Below are positions 38,691 through 49,425 of a DNA stretch of 64,000 nt, piece after piece. Position 1 is the first letter of the stretch, and every line of letters begins with the position of its first letter. The notes below the pieces were generated by a model. That model was not told where the DNA came from, ran no database searches, and saw nothing but the letters and a program-made list of their open reading frames with translations. Position numbers and translations under genes: made by a program. The stretch is from Polyangiaceae bacterium (lineage in GTDB: Bacteria; Myxococcota_A; Polyangia; Polyangiales; Polyangiaceae), in the NCBI GenBank assembly GCA_044376115.1, contig JBILLK010000020.1:1-64000 (forward strand), read 5' to 3'.

Positions 38691-40547
38691 TCACTCTGCG
38701 ATCCAGATGGGGCGGTCATCCCTATGCTTCAGCTCGTTTGCCAACGCAGGCGCGTCGAGCTTCCCACCTGGGTGAAGGACCGCAGCGTTATCACGGTGAG
38801 AGCGCTCGGCCCAGGTAGCGAGCAGACTCGAGGCGACCTGCCGAAAGTGCTCCTCGGTTCCTAGAAAATCATACCCTTTTTTATCCAGGAGGCCCGCCTG
38901 CGTCAGCTCCCGCCCTGCGACATAGCGGACTGCCGAGTAGGGATCCGCCAGCAGCGTTGCAAGAAGCGGCAGCTGAAAGTCGTCACCACAGGCGGCCACG
39001 GCCTCAGCCGATAGCAGGTGATCCGCGACGATCACGCGTGTGGCGGCATCCCCACGCAAAGCCAACTTCACGCCTAGCGCACGATCGTCCACCGCGGGGG
39101 CTGCTGACGGAATACCCCAGTTCTGCGTCAGCTGCTCCGCTGTCCAGCCTAACGTCTTGTCAAGGTGGCACAGGTTGCACGCGGGTGGACGACCCGTTTG
39201 AACGGCGACCTCGACACTCGGGACGTCGACGCGGTGCGACCGCTGTGCAGCGTAAAGCGCATACGACACCTTAGGCATGTGGCAGGAGTAGCAAAGAGCC
39301 CCCACGGCATGCCTGGTGTGCTGCGGCTGGTCGAACCCAACGTGGCAGCTATTGCATACTCCGTTGCCGTGCGCCTTTGGCTTCAGTTGATCGACCGGAT
39401 CGTCCCCGTGAAGTTGATGACAATCTCCGCAACCGAGCTTTGAATCTCCCTCCCCTCGCAGGAAGCAGGCTGAGGCAGATAAACCGTTATACTCGCGCCC
39501 ACCAACGCGAATGGTGCCGTCGCCCCAGAACAGGCTCTCAGCGCTCGCCTCGATTACGCCAGAGCCGCTCGCTAATTCGGCCTCATCGATAACGGTTCGG
39601 CTATCCGCTAATGCCGCCCCAGGTGCGTACGAGCGAGCGTAGCCTGAGGTCCACCATTCGGCCTCGTCCTTGGGGAGAGCGTACGAGTGACATTGGCCAC
39701 AGACCTCGGAGGCGCGCGCCTTGGAGAGCTTTTCCGGCTGCGTGATGTGCTTGGCTTCATCCGCGTTGCGAGCGGCCCAGCGCGCCCAGGGGTCAGCGTA
39801 GTGGCCAGCATGCAGTCCGCCGGCTCCATGACAAGCCTCGCAGGCGATCCCAAGCTCGGTTACCGTCGTATCGAAGGTATCGCGCGCGTCGTCGTGTCGA
39901 GGTTCGGCCAGCGTCGAGTGACACACGAGGCAGTTCGAGTTCCAACGCACGAGCTGGTCGGGGCTATCCGGCGGCTGCAGAAATACGTCATGGCGCGGAA
40001 TGAACCGCTCAGCTTCTATGTGCCATACGACGGGCGCGGCCCGCAGCTCACCAATACGTGCGCCTGCTACCCAATAGGCTTGATAGTGATGTGACCCGGT
40101 CGTGAGCACTGCCTGCTCACGTATCGTCGGGATAGGGCCAGCGGTTGAGAGAGCCAGCGCCACTGGGTCGGGCATAGTTATCCAGAGCGCGTCTTGGTCG
40201 TGCTCGAGGACGACGCTCTCCTGCTTGAGCGCAACGCTATGACGACCGGCTGGGGCGAGAATATTCGCCCCAGTAGCGGGCCGTGTCATCGTCCGGTGAT
40301 ACGAGCGCGACCAGCTCGCATACTCAGCGGGGTGGCAAGCTTTGCACGCCCCGGAGGACACCGTGGTGCCGGCAGCCCGAAGGCGCGGGCCACCTAACGT
40401 AACCGGCCGTTCGCCATCCCACAGCAGTGCGAGAGCCGGTGTCAGTAGCATGCCGAACGCAAGCCACCGCCGCCCGCGCGTGCGAGGGGTGATCCACAGC
40501 ACCATGAGCGCTGAGAGCCCACCAGCTACGACGACGGCCAACCACAC
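38691..40547 (-). CDS. membrane-anchored multiheme c-type cytochrome (8 CxxCH)
   Basis: CKACH, CLVCH, CEACH, CGQCH, CGDCH, CNSCH, CYSCH, CNLCH; two N-terminal hydrophobic segments. Confidence 0.92.
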   Translation of the reverse strand: MWLAVVVAGGLSALMVLWITPRTRGRRWLAFGMLLTPALALLWDGERPVTLGGPRLRAAGTTVSSGACKACHPAEYASWSRSYHRTMTRPATGANILAPAGRHSVALKQESVVLEHDQDALWITMPDPVALALSTAGPIPTIREQAVLTTGSHHYQAYWVAGARIGELRAAPVVWHIEAERFIPRHDVFLQPPDSPDQLVRWNSNCLVCHSTLAEPRHDDARDTFDTTVTELGIACEACHGAGGLHAGHYADPWARWAARNADEAKHITQPEKLSKARASEVCGQCHSYALPKDEAEWWTSGYARSYAPGAALADSRTVIDEAELASGSGVIEASAESLFWGDGTIRVGGREYNGLSASACFLRGEGDSKLGCGDCHQLHGDDPVDQLKPKAHGNGVCNSCHVGFDQPQHTRHAVGALCYSCHMPKVSYALYAAQRSHRVDVPSVEVAVQTGRPPACNLCHLDKTLGWTAEQLTQNWGIPSAAPAVDDRALGVKLALRGDAATRVIVADHLLSAEAVAACGDDFQLPLLATLLADPYSAVRYVAGRELTQAGLLDKKGYDFLGTEEHFRQVASSLLATWAERSHRDNAAVLHPGGKLDAPALANELKHRDDRPIWIAE

Positions 40548-40637
40548 AGGCCACAGCTTAGGCGCACTTCCAAGAGAAGTTCAGCGGAAGCGTCTTCTGG
40601 TAGTGGACATTCCGGATTCGCTGAACCAAAAGGCGTT

Positions 40638-41066
40638 ATGCGGTTTCATGAGGCGATTCACGGCGTCTACTTCGACGATCTCGACGCTCTTCAGATCCTC
40701 CACAACGCGCGCTACGTGCTGCTATTCGAGCGGACGATTGGCTCCTTCTGGACGCGAGCCATGGGTTGGGCAGGCATGCTCGGCCTATCAAACCCAGATC
40801 GGTTTCACTTGGTGCGGACCAACTCGATTGAATACCTAAGGCCGGTCACCGGCATCGGCGAGGTACGAGTACGCGTATGGGTCGAGAAACTCGGTAGCAG
40901 TAGCCTGACGTTCGGCTTCCGGATCTTGCCGATGGATGAGGACGTGGACTACGCACGCGGGACGCGCGTGATTGTGTGCGTCGACCAAGAGAGTCGCAGG
41001 CCAGCTCCGTGGAGCCCCGAGTTCCGCGAGCGGATAGCCCCCTATATCCGCGCTGAAAACGCCTAA
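40638..41066 (+). CDS. acyl-CoA thioesterase (4HBT/YbgC hotdog fold)
   Basis: YFDDLDALQILHNARYV, IEYLRP, KLGSSS. Confidence 0.88.
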   Translation: MRFHEAIHGVYFDDLDALQILHNARYVLLFERTIGSFWTRAMGWAGMLGLSNPDRFHLVRTNSIEYLRPVTGIGEVRVRVWVEKLGSSSLTFGFRILPMDEDVDYARGTRVIVCVDQESRRPAPWSPEFRERIAPYIRAENA

Positions 41067-44000
41067 GGCCGCGTCAGCCAGGCCCAGGTTTCTTTGAGGC
41101 GCTTCTCCGAGACAGGCACGGTCGGCCCGAGTTCGGGCGCAAATACTGCGAGGCGCAGCTCCTCAGTCATCCAATAGAACTGCTCGAGCTCCCCTGCCGC
41201 GATACCGCGTTTGAGCAGCGCGTCGCGCTTACTCCAATAGTTGGCTGCGTACGGCACGACGCCCAGGGCCTTGTCGCGATCTTTCAAGGGACCGTTTGGC
41301 AGTCTGGATAGGCGGATCAGAATGCCCCCGAGATAGCGCGGTAACGCGGCGACCCGCGAGTAAGGCTCGTGGGCGACGCGCTCGAGGGAGACAAGGTGCT
41401 TGAGCTGCTGCTCGATATCGGCCAAGGCCTCACGTGGAAACCCGGGTTTCCCAGCGCTCGCCTTCAAGGTCGCGCGAATCTTGTCGGTGGGCTCCACCAG
41501 CGCCAGCACGAGAGTCGCTAGTCGGGACAATCGCGCTGAAAGCGTCAGCTTCGTCCGCTCGACCAACCGCTCAAATTCAGCCACGCTACGAGGCAGCGAC
41601 CCTTCCTCGAACACCAGCTCCTGCAATACACGTTTGACGACCACCGACCGTGGATTGGCTCTCCCATCGGAGAGAGAGCTCGCGGCGATACGCGCCGGGA
41701 CCTCCTTCACAAGCGCATCCAGGTTCGTTCGCAAGGCCAGTAGGAGGAGCTCGATGACGCCGTCGATTGTGGCGCGGTCTGCGTCCTCTTTGGACGACAA
41801 CAGGAGCAAGTCCACCGAGCGACTGCCAGCGACCAACGCTGGAAATGCCTCGACCTTCCCACCTTTCCAAGCAATGGACACGGAGGACGGCAAACCAGAA
41901 GCGGGGAACGTAACTAATCCAATGCGCTCAAAGGAGCCTTTGGAGATCGTGCCAAAGGTCTCACGTCCACGCGTACTGAAGCGCGTACGCAGATCCCCGA
42001 GATCACGGCTCTCCGCGAGCGCATGGCCCGCCTCATCGACGATGCGAAAGTTGAAGCGGAGATAGGCTGGTAGGGCCTCGAGGTCGAAGCTCGATTCATT
42101 GACACGCACGCCAGTTAGGTCGTGGAGGGCCTTGCACAAGGCGCTAATCATCGAGCCTTGGAACGGTCGCAAACCTTCCGCGATTAGGGTGACGAAGGAG
42201 CGGTCCACGCCGAGCGTACGCTGCAGAGACTTGGGCAGGCCAAACAGGAGTTGCGCCACCTTCTCCTCGTGCCAGCCCGGGATCGTCCAGTCGAAGATCG
42301 CTGGATCGAGCTGGGGCAACAGCACCGTTGCCACCGTACACGTGGCGCCATCCTCCTCGGCGCTGGGATCGAATTGGTAGCTAACGGGAAGCGCTACCGA
42401 CCCTACGCGGAGCTGCTCTGGATAGCGCTCTTTGGAGAGAGCGGTCGCGTCTCCGAGCAGCACGTCCTCGAGGCTAAGGTGCAATAGCTTTGGAGTGGCC
42501 TTTTCTGCGGTAGCCCGCCAGGAGTCAAAGGTCTTTCCGCTCGTCACCTCGTCAGGGACGCGCTTGTCAAAAAAGCTAAAGAGCGCGTCCTCGTCCGCCA
42601 TCATATCGCTCATTCGAGCGCGCGCTCTCAGCTCCTTGACCTGGTCCATCAGCTGCCGATTGCTCAAAATGAACTGAGGCAACGGGGCGGGCTCGTACTG
42701 TTCGCGCACCAAACCGTCCATGATGAAGACTTTGCGGGCCACCTTGGGATACAGGTTTGCGATGCGAACCCGGTCTCCACGCACGATGGGGAGCCCGTAC
42801 AGAGTTACCTCTTCCTTCGCCATGACCTCGCCAGTGCGCTCGGCAAAGTAAGGATCGCCGTGGCTCCTTCGGCAAAGAGGCCCGGCGATGGCTGGTAAAC
42901 ACTCTGGGTCAATCGCGGCAGCGACTCGGCCAAACAACTGGGATGTCTCCACCAGCTCGGCAACCACCACCCATGCGGGGGGCTTACGCGCTAGGCCAGA
43001 ACCTGGGTGGAGTACAAATCGAGTTTGACGAGCGCCAGAATAGGCTCTGTTTTCCTGGTTCCAGAGGCCAATGCGGCTCAACAGTCCGGGCAATATGGCT
43101 CGATGAATCGCCGCCTCATCGGCAGGCTTCGAGTTCATTTTTAGTTTCATATCGATCACGACGCCACGCAGCTGGTCGTGGATGTCGGCCCACTCGCGCA
43201 TACGCATGAACGATAGATGGTTACGTGCGCAATAGTTCCGCACCTGACTCTGCGTCTTCCCTGCGGTGTCCGCGTGGAAGACTCGCCACAGGCGCAGGAG
43301 GGACATGAAGTCCGACCGCTCATCGCGGTATTGACGATGGGCTTGATCCGCTGCGGCGGGGTTAGAGAGGGACCGCTCGCGCGGATCAGCGAGGCCGAGC
43401 GCCGACGCAATGACGAGGATCTCCGTGAGCGCGCCCTCTGCTTCGCCACCCAACACCATCCGGGCCACCCGCGGATCGAGGGGCAACCGCGCCAACTTCT
43501 TCCCGATCTCGGTCAGCTGGCTGGCCTCATCCAGTGCGCCCAGCTCCTCCAGAACGCGGTATCCCTCATCCACGGCTCTCTTCGGCGGCGGATCGACAAA
43601 CGGGAACTCACGCAGCTCGCCAATACCGAGCGACTTCATCTGCAAGATGGCGCCAGAGAGCCCCACCCGCAACACCTCTGGGTCGGTGAAGGCGGAGCGC
43701 AGCTTGAAATCGGCCTCCTCGTAAAGTCGGAAGCAGACGCCACTGCGAGTTCGCCCGGCGCGCCCTTTACGCTGCTCCGCGCTTGCCTGCGAAACAGGCT
43801 CTACCAACAATTGGGTTACGCCGCTCCGTGGCTGGTAGCGATTGATTCGGGCCGTCCCCGTATCAATCACATAAACGATGCCGGGGATGGTAAGTGATGT
43901 CTCCGCGACGTTGGTGGACAGTACAATGCGCCGCTGAGAGCTAGGCGCGAAGACCTTCTTCTGGTCGGCCTGGGATAGTCGGCCATAGAGCGGTAGCAGA

Positions 44001-44809
44001 ACCGTATGTGGAAGCGCGTGCTCCTCCAGCGCTCGCATCGCGTCGTGGATCTCGCGTTCCCCGGGAAGAAAGATGAGGATGTCCTCACGTGGGTCGAGCG
44101 TCGTTATCTCCTCGACGACCGCGGCGATGGTTTCCGAAAGACCCTCTTCGGTATCCGAGGGTGGCCGATAAAAAGTCTCGACCGGGTACGTCCTCCCAGA
44201 AACCTCAATCACCGGAGCGCCGCCAAAGAAGGCGGAGAACCGTGAAGTCTCCAAGGTTGCGGACGAGAGCACCAGGCGAAAGTCGGGGCGCGTTGGCAAC
44301 AGCCGCTTCAAATAGCCCAGTAGGAAGTCGATATTGAGCGTCCGCTCGTGGGCCTCATCCAGAATGATCGTGTCGTACTGGAGCAGCTTTGGATCTCCCT
44401 GAATCTCGGCCAGGAGGATGCCGTCGGTCATGAACTTTACGTACGTATCGCGCGAGGTGCGGTTGGCGAAGCGGATCTGGTAGCCGACTTCGCGCCCGAG
44501 CTCGCACTTGAGTTCTTCAGCCACTCGGGCGGCCACACTGGTTGCCGCAATTCGCCGCGGCTGCGTAACCCCAATGCGCCCTTCGAGTCCGCGGCCCATC
44601 GCGAGGCAGATCTTGGGCAGCTGCGTCGTCTTCCCGGAGCCGGTTTCACCCGCTACCACCACCACTTGGTGGTCGTGGATCGCCCGAGCGATCTCGGCGA
44701 CCTTGGCGGTGATCGGGAGCTCCTCGGGGAAGTCGATGGGAGACGACTTGGACGGCGGAGCCGGGGCCGGAGCCGGAGCGGAGGCGAGTTTTGGAGGAGT
44801 TGGACGCAT
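41063..44809 (-). CDS. hrpA: ATP-dependent RNA helicase HrpA
   Basis: GETGSGKTTQLPK, TQPRRIAA, DEAH, SAT, QRKGRAGR; C-terminal EELRLAVFAPELG. Confidence 0.95.
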   Translation of the reverse strand: MRPTPPKLASAPAPAPAPPSKSSPIDFPEELPITAKVAEIARAIHDHQVVVVAGETGSGKTTQLPKICLAMGRGLEGRIGVTQPRRIAATSVAARVAEELKCELGREVGYQIRFANRTSRDTYVKFMTDGILLAEIQGDPKLLQYDTIILDEAHERTLNIDFLLGYLKRLLPTRPDFRLVLSSATLETSRFSAFFGGAPVIEVSGRTYPVETFYRPPSDTEEGLSETIAAVVEEITTLDPREDILIFLPGEREIHDAMRALEEHALPHTVLLPLYGRLSQADQKKVFAPSSQRRIVLSTNVAETSLTIPGIVYVIDTGTARINRYQPRSGVTQLLVEPVSQASAEQRKGRAGRTRSGVCFRLYEEADFKLRSAFTDPEVLRVGLSGAILQMKSLGIGELREFPFVDPPPKRAVDEGYRVLEELGALDEASQLTEIGKKLARLPLDPRVARMVLGGEAEGALTEILVIASALGLADPRERSLSNPAAADQAHRQYRDERSDFMSLLRLWRVFHADTAGKTQSQVRNYCARNHLSFMRMREWADIHDQLRGVVIDMKLKMNSKPADEAAIHRAILPGLLSRIGLWNQENRAYSGARQTRFVLHPGSGLARKPPAWVVVAELVETSQLFGRVAAAIDPECLPAIAGPLCRRSHGDPYFAERTGEVMAKEEVTLYGLPIVRGDRVRIANLYPKVARKVFIMDGLVREQYEPAPLPQFILSNRQLMDQVKELRARARMSDMMADEDALFSFFDKRVPDEVTSGKTFDSWRATAEKATPKLLHLSLEDVLLGDATALSKERYPEQLRVGSVALPVSYQFDPSAEEDGATCTVATVLLPQLDPAIFDWTIPGWHEEKVAQLLFGLPKSLQRTLGVDRSFVTLIAEGLRPFQGSMISALCKALHDLTGVRVNESSFDLEALPAYLRFNFRIVDEAGHALAESRDLGDLRTRFSTRGRETFGTISKGSFERIGLVTFPASGLPSSVSIAWKGGKVEAFPALVAGSRSVDLLLLSSKEDADRATIDGVIELLLLALRTNLDALVKEVPARIAASSLSDGRANPRSVVVKRVLQELVFEEGSLPRSVAEFERLVERTKLTLSARLSRLATLVLALVEPTDKIRATLKASAGKPGFPREALADIEQQLKHLVSLERVAHEPYSRVAALPRYLGGILIRLSRLPNGPLKDRDKALGVVPYAANYWSKRDALLKRGIAAGELEQFYWMTEELRLAVFAPELGPTVPVSEKRLKETWAWLTRP

Positions 44810-44951
44810 GCGGAAGAGGACGTTCGAGTCTCTTACACCAGACGCGACCAAGAGCCTCATGCGGTCACAAAAATGAACTCGGCCCCTGGCCAAAGGCGAG
44901 GGACCGAGCTTGGTGTGCGCAGCCGGGTAAGCCCAGCGTCGCGAGCGCCGT

Positions 44952-46673
44952 TCAGTCTTGCGTGGTTCCAACCATCGACGGGTTGACCGACCAATTGAAG
45001 GCGTCGAGGAGCGTCAATGAGTCCCACGAGTGATCGGCGACATCGAAGATGATGTATTCGATGGTGAAGGTTTCACCGGGGACGATGGGCGCCGTCGTGG
45101 TCAACCACCCAGTCGCGCCAGCGTCGTTGGTGCCCATTTGCGGTGAGGTGTAACCGGTTCCTGCGAGCTCTGCGTCACCGAGCGGACAACCAACGCAGAC
45201 ATCAAAGAAGCCGTTGTTAACGTCGACACGCCCGCCCGTTGAATCGAAGGAGATGTTCTTGTCTACAGGCAGGTTTGCCGCACCGCTAGTCAACAATGCG
45301 AGGAAGGTATCGTTGAACTGTGAGTTGACCCATTCAGGGTACTCGGCCGAGAAGAACTTGAATTTGAACGAGAAGCTCTCGGCGTTGGTCGGAGCCCGCA
45401 AGGTCAACCGCAGATTGACACCGTCATTGACGGATCCCACGCCTGGCGTACTTGCAGGCCAACCGGAGACGGCTCCTCCGGTAAAGCCAGAGCCATCAGG
45501 AACGATGTACCCCGCGTTGTTGGGCGCTCGAGCAGTCCCGCTCGAGATCGCCCCCATGGTGGCATTCTGCTGAGGCATATTGACGCCAAAGGTCTGAAGC
45601 ACCCCGAGCTGAACGGCCGCCGGGGCTGTGGCTGTACCGTTGGGTTGCACCAGCTCGGCGCTGATGAGACCCCACTTTTTATTGACTTGAGGAGGGTTGG
45701 CAACGGTGGTTTGGCAGATATCCATCGCCTGCGCCAACTGCAGCCCGGTGAGCGCGCCGAGGTTCTCCACCGTGCTGCAGTTCGTCGGTGTGGAGGCGTC
45801 CATCGTTGCTGGATCGCAATCGTCGTCGAGATTGTTACCTGTCGCTTCGTAGGCCCCCGGATTCACCTTCTCCGGCTCGGTGCAGCCTTGTGCCGCGGAG
45901 TCGCAACAATCCCCCTGGCAGACCGTCCATCCGTCGCCATCGAGGTCGGGCACGTCATCCGCCATGCCCGAGCAGTCCTCATCGATGCCGTTAGCACAGA
46001 GTTCATTGTCCGGTATGACTTCACCGAGACACGGCCCGTAGCCTTGTCCCGTGACGCCGCAGGTGCGGGTTCCGCCAACGCAAGCGCCAACGTTCTGCGT
46101 ACCAGGCGGCCCGGTGTAACAATTCTGCTGAGAGCCCGGCGTACAAATGCACTCCGACGCTGACTCGCAACCATTGGACGCATCGCCGTCGCAGTCGAAG
46201 AACCCTGCATCGCATTGGCCTACCGTGCAGATACCCGTGCTGCAGGTCGTCGACAGATTGGCCAAGACATCGCAGGCGTTCGTGCACGAGCCGCAGTAGT
46301 CGAAGTCTGTCTGCGTATCGACGCAGGTGGCGTCGCAACACGTTAGACCATCTGCGCACGGCGACACGTCGGAGCATCCGGGGACGCACTCGCCTGAGGC
46401 GTCGCAGATCGTTCCGGGGCTGCAGTCTTGGTCGCCGGTACAACCGGTAGCGCCACCTTCACCCCCTGCGTTGAACCCGCCATTGCTGCTACCGCCGCTG
46501 CTGGTTTGACCGCCGCTAGCGGTGGTCCCACCGGTTCCACCGCCACCGCTCGAGGAGTCAGAACCACCGTCAGTGTTCGAGGAACTCTGTCCGCTATCTC
46601 CACAGGCGGACAAGGTGCCGCAAACTAGCCACGCAGCCAAAGCAGTAGTCGCAGTTCGCTGAAAGGTTCTCAT
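44952..46673 (-). CDS. Cys-rich lipoprotein with a choice-of-anchor-L-like C-terminal domain
   Basis: LSAC lipobox; CGSC and NGCE Cys repeats; GIDEDC and NLDDDC; FFSAEYPEWV.SQFND, IFDVAD..WDS. Confidence 0.8.
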   Translation of the reverse strand: MRTFQRTATTALAAWLVCGTLSACGDSGQSSSNTDGGSDSSSGGGGTGGTTASGGQTSSGGSSNGGFNAGGEGGATGCTGDQDCSPGTICDASGECVPGCSDVSPCADGLTCCDATCVDTQTDFDYCGSCTNACDVLANLSTTCSTGICTVGQCDAGFFDCDGDASNGCESASECICTPGSQQNCYTGPPGTQNVGACVGGTRTCGVTGQGYGPCLGEVIPDNELCANGIDEDCSGMADDVPDLDGDGWTVCQGDCCDSAAQGCTEPEKVNPGAYEATGNNLDDDCDPATMDASTPTNCSTVENLGALTGLQLAQAMDICQTTVANPPQVNKKWGLISAELVQPNGTATAPAAVQLGVLQTFGVNMPQQNATMGAISSGTARAPNNAGYIVPDGSGFTGGAVSGWPASTPGVGSVNDGVNLRLTLRAPTNAESFSFKFKFFSAEYPEWVNSQFNDTFLALLTSGAANLPVDKNISFDSTGGRVDVNNGFFDVCVGCPLGDAELAGTGYTSPQMGTNDAGATGWLTTTAPIVPGETFTIEYIIFDVADHSWDSLTLLDAFNWSVNPSMVGTTQD

Positions 46674-47044
46674 GGTCCGATTGTCGACGGAAGCGGCCAA
46701 CGGAATCCAGAAAAGAACAAGCTTCCGCAAAGGCAGGTAGGACACCTCCGTACGAAGGAGCTGCAACGTCGCCTCAGTCGTGAAGCGGCAACGAACAGAC
46801 CTGGAGGAAGGGCCTCGCTCAACGTTCTCAACTCTTTGAGAGAACTGACCGTAGGTTCTCAATATTCGCTAGTGAGCTCTGGCTGTGCGTTTGACAGTTT
46901 GAGGACAAAGAAAGCTGGGGTTGGTGGTTGCCGCTCTTGAGTATCGTCGCTAAACGAACAGACCTTCGTATGGTCAAAACTGTACCCCGTGCTTGGCAGC
47001 CGACCCAAGCGTTCACGCATGCTTCCAGAGCCTAGGAGGGGGAA

Positions 47045-48535
47045 GTGTCGCTAGCCAAGAGAGCCCTGTCAGGATTCCTGTGGACCACCGGTGCGAACAT
47101 AAGCTCGCGGGTGGTCACCATCGTGAGCACCTTCATCCTGACCCGATTCCTCGCTCCGGAACTCCAGGGGGAAGTGAACGTCGCAGTTGCCATTGTGGCG
47201 TTGCTAAGCGCCGCATCCGCCTTTGGCGTTGGGCAGTTCATCGCCGCCCATCCCAAAGAGTCGCGGGCAGTAGTGTTTCATGGCGGCTTACTCGTCATTG
47301 GCGGAGGCATCGTCACCAGCCTTATCGCGGTGCTCTTGCGTCACCCGCTTACCGGGCTATTGAAGACACCCGGCGCGGCGGCCTTCTTACCGTTGGTTGC
47401 ACTGGCAGGCTTCATTGATCGGCTCAGCTGGCTACCTCGCAATGTGCTCGTGCGGGAAATGCAATTTAAGTTGGTGGGGTTGCGTGTCGCACTGGGCGAG
47501 TTCGTCTACGCCGGGACGAGCATAGCGCTCGCCTATAAGGGGTTCGGCGCGTACGCAATCGTTTATGCAAACCTGGCACGCGCGATCTTGGCGCTGCTCT
47601 TCTTGGCCTCGGTGACCCAGTTTAGAGACTACTTCGAGCCTGCACGCTTGAAGTTGGAGATCTTCGGTCGGATCCTTCGCTTTGGAATGCCAATCAATCA
47701 AGCGGGCTTACTGGGCGTTGCGGCCACACTTGGCGATAACATGCTAATGGCGCGGCTCTTTGGGCCGGCTACGGTGGGGCTCTACAATCAAGCGTATCGA
47801 GTCGCAGAATTGCCCGGGACCACGCTAGGAGACCAGGTAACCGACGTACTCGTTCCAACGTTTGCCCGGATTGACGACGTCCAGGAGAGAAAACGTGGGT
47901 TCCTACGCGCGGTGGGGTTGATGGCGGTGCTCGTGTTCCCGATGTCGGCTGGCCTCGGAGCGGTAGCGCACACGATGGTCGCTACCTTCTACGCGCCTGC
48001 TTACGCGGGCGTAGCACCGTTTTTGGCCGTGCTCGCAACCATGAGCATGCTGCGCTCTTTCGGCTGGCTTGCCATGGGGTACCTGCAGGTCGTCGGGCGC
48101 ACGCTGCAGCTGATGTATATCGAGCTTGTGCTCGTCATTAGCATCCTCGGTTTCATCGCCGTATTTTCACCGTTCGGCCCAGTCGTATCGGCGTGTGGGG
48201 TTGGCCTCGGCTTCTCGCTCCATACGGTGCTGCTGCTCAGCCGTCTCAAGCCCGAGGACGTGCACCTTACCGACGTTGGCAAGACGGTCATTGGGCCGTT
48301 CCTGGCGTGTGGTCCCATGGTTGGCGCAGTGTTCGCCGCACGATACCTTTGGACTTGGCTTGGCCTTCCGGCAGGGGTTGGCTTGCTATGCGAGGTGACT
48401 TTTGGGGCGATCATGTTCGTCGCTGGGGCTTTCATCTTTGCGCGCACACTCGCCAATGAGTTCATCAAGCAGGCCAAAGGGGTAATCGCGCGAAAGCGTG
48501 GCCGCGCAGAGCCCGAAGCGCCTGAGGCTTCCTGA
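47045..48535 (+). CDS. oligosaccharide flippase (Wzx/PST family)
   Basis: SLAKRALSGFLW, LTRFLAP, VGLYNQAY; many TM segments. Confidence 0.88.
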   Translation: MSLAKRALSGFLWTTGANISSRVVTIVSTFILTRFLAPELQGEVNVAVAIVALLSAASAFGVGQFIAAHPKESRAVVFHGGLLVIGGGIVTSLIAVLLRHPLTGLLKTPGAAAFLPLVALAGFIDRLSWLPRNVLVREMQFKLVGLRVALGEFVYAGTSIALAYKGFGAYAIVYANLARAILALLFLASVTQFRDYFEPARLKLEIFGRILRFGMPINQAGLLGVAATLGDNMLMARLFGPATVGLYNQAYRVAELPGTTLGDQVTDVLVPTFARIDDVQERKRGFLRAVGLMAVLVFPMSAGLGAVAHTMVATFYAPAYAGVAPFLAVLATMSMLRSFGWLAMGYLQVVGRTLQLMYIELVLVISILGFIAVFSPFGPVVSACGVGLGFSLHTVLLLSRLKPEDVHLTDVGKTVIGPFLACGPMVGAVFAARYLWTWLGLPAGVGLLCEVTFGAIMFVAGAFIFARTLANEFIKQAKGVIARKRGRAEPEAPEAS

Positions 48536-48547
48536 GAGACGCACCTG

Positions 48548-49414
48548 ATGTCATCCGTCCTAGATGAACTGGTATTGCTACTGGGCCTCGAGCGCATCGA
48601 GGAGAACCTTTTTCGGGGCCAAAGCCAAGACCTCGGCTGGGGCACAGTCTTCGGTGGCCAAGTCTTGGGGCAGGCTCTTTCCGCTGCGGTACAGACGGTA
48701 CCCCGGGAACGTCATGCCCATTCGCTACATGCCTATTTCCTCCGGCCGGGGGATGTTTCTAAACCAATCATCTACGACGTCGATCGCATTCGCGATGGCA
48801 GCTCCTTCACCACCCGCCGCGTGGTCGCGATCCAAGCTGGCCAGCCCATCTTCAACCTTGCGGCGTCCTTTCAGAAGCTCGAGCAGGGGTTTTCTCACGC
48901 AGACGTGATGCCAACCGTTCCGCCGCCCGAGCAGCTGCCGAGTGAACAAGAACGGGTCGCGCCCTTCGTCCTGCGGTTGCCCAAGTTCCTGCGGGAGCGG
49001 GCGGTCGCCGAGCGAGCGTTTGAGCTGAAGCCCGTAGAGGCCGAATCCGATCCGTTTCTGCCTTCGCCGGTTGCACCCGTGCGCCACGTATGGCTTCGTA
49101 CCACCGGAAAGCTGCCTGATGATCTCGCGCTACACCAATATCTTTTGGCGTACGCATCCGACCATGCATTCCTAACGACGGCGCTGCTGCCTCACGGAGC
49201 CACTTGGCTCACCCCCGGAATGCAGGTGGCGAGCCTCGATCACGTCATGTGGTTTCATAGGCCGTTTCGCGTCGATGATTGGCTGCTCCACGTGATGGAG
49301 AGCCCCTCAGCACACGGGGCCCGCGGACTCGTTCGAGGCCGCGTCTTCAGCCGGGACGGGCAACTGGTAGCGACAACCGCCCAGGAAGGCCTGATCCGGC
49401 AGCGCGGGAGCTGA
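48548..49414 (+). CDS. tesB: acyl-CoA thioesterase II
   Basis: VFGGQVLGQAL, HSLHAYFLRPG, YASD, ASLDH.MWFH, QEGLIR. Confidence 0.95.
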   Translation: MSSVLDELVLLLGLERIEENLFRGQSQDLGWGTVFGGQVLGQALSAAVQTVPRERHAHSLHAYFLRPGDVSKPIIYDVDRIRDGSSFTTRRVVAIQAGQPIFNLAASFQKLEQGFSHADVMPTVPPPEQLPSEQERVAPFVLRLPKFLRERAVAERAFELKPVEAESDPFLPSPVAPVRHVWLRTTGKLPDDLALHQYLLAYASDHAFLTTALLPHGATWLTPGMQVASLDHVMWFHRPFRVDDWLLHVMESPSAHGARGLVRGRVFSRDGQLVATTAQEGLIRQRGS

Positions 49415-49425
49415 CTCGGTATGCT

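Noticed and set aside
32849..40547. Prophage or genomic island integrated at tRNA-Arg
   Set aside because: No integrase, no phage genes and no duplicated tRNA 3' end were seen in the window.
38691..40547. NrfA nitrite reductase
   Set aside because: No CxxCK motif, eight rather than five heme motifs, and no nrfH neighbour.
47045..48535. Polysaccharide biosynthesis cluster
   Set aside because: The flippase is alone; no glycosyltransferase, wzy or wzz genes are adjacent.
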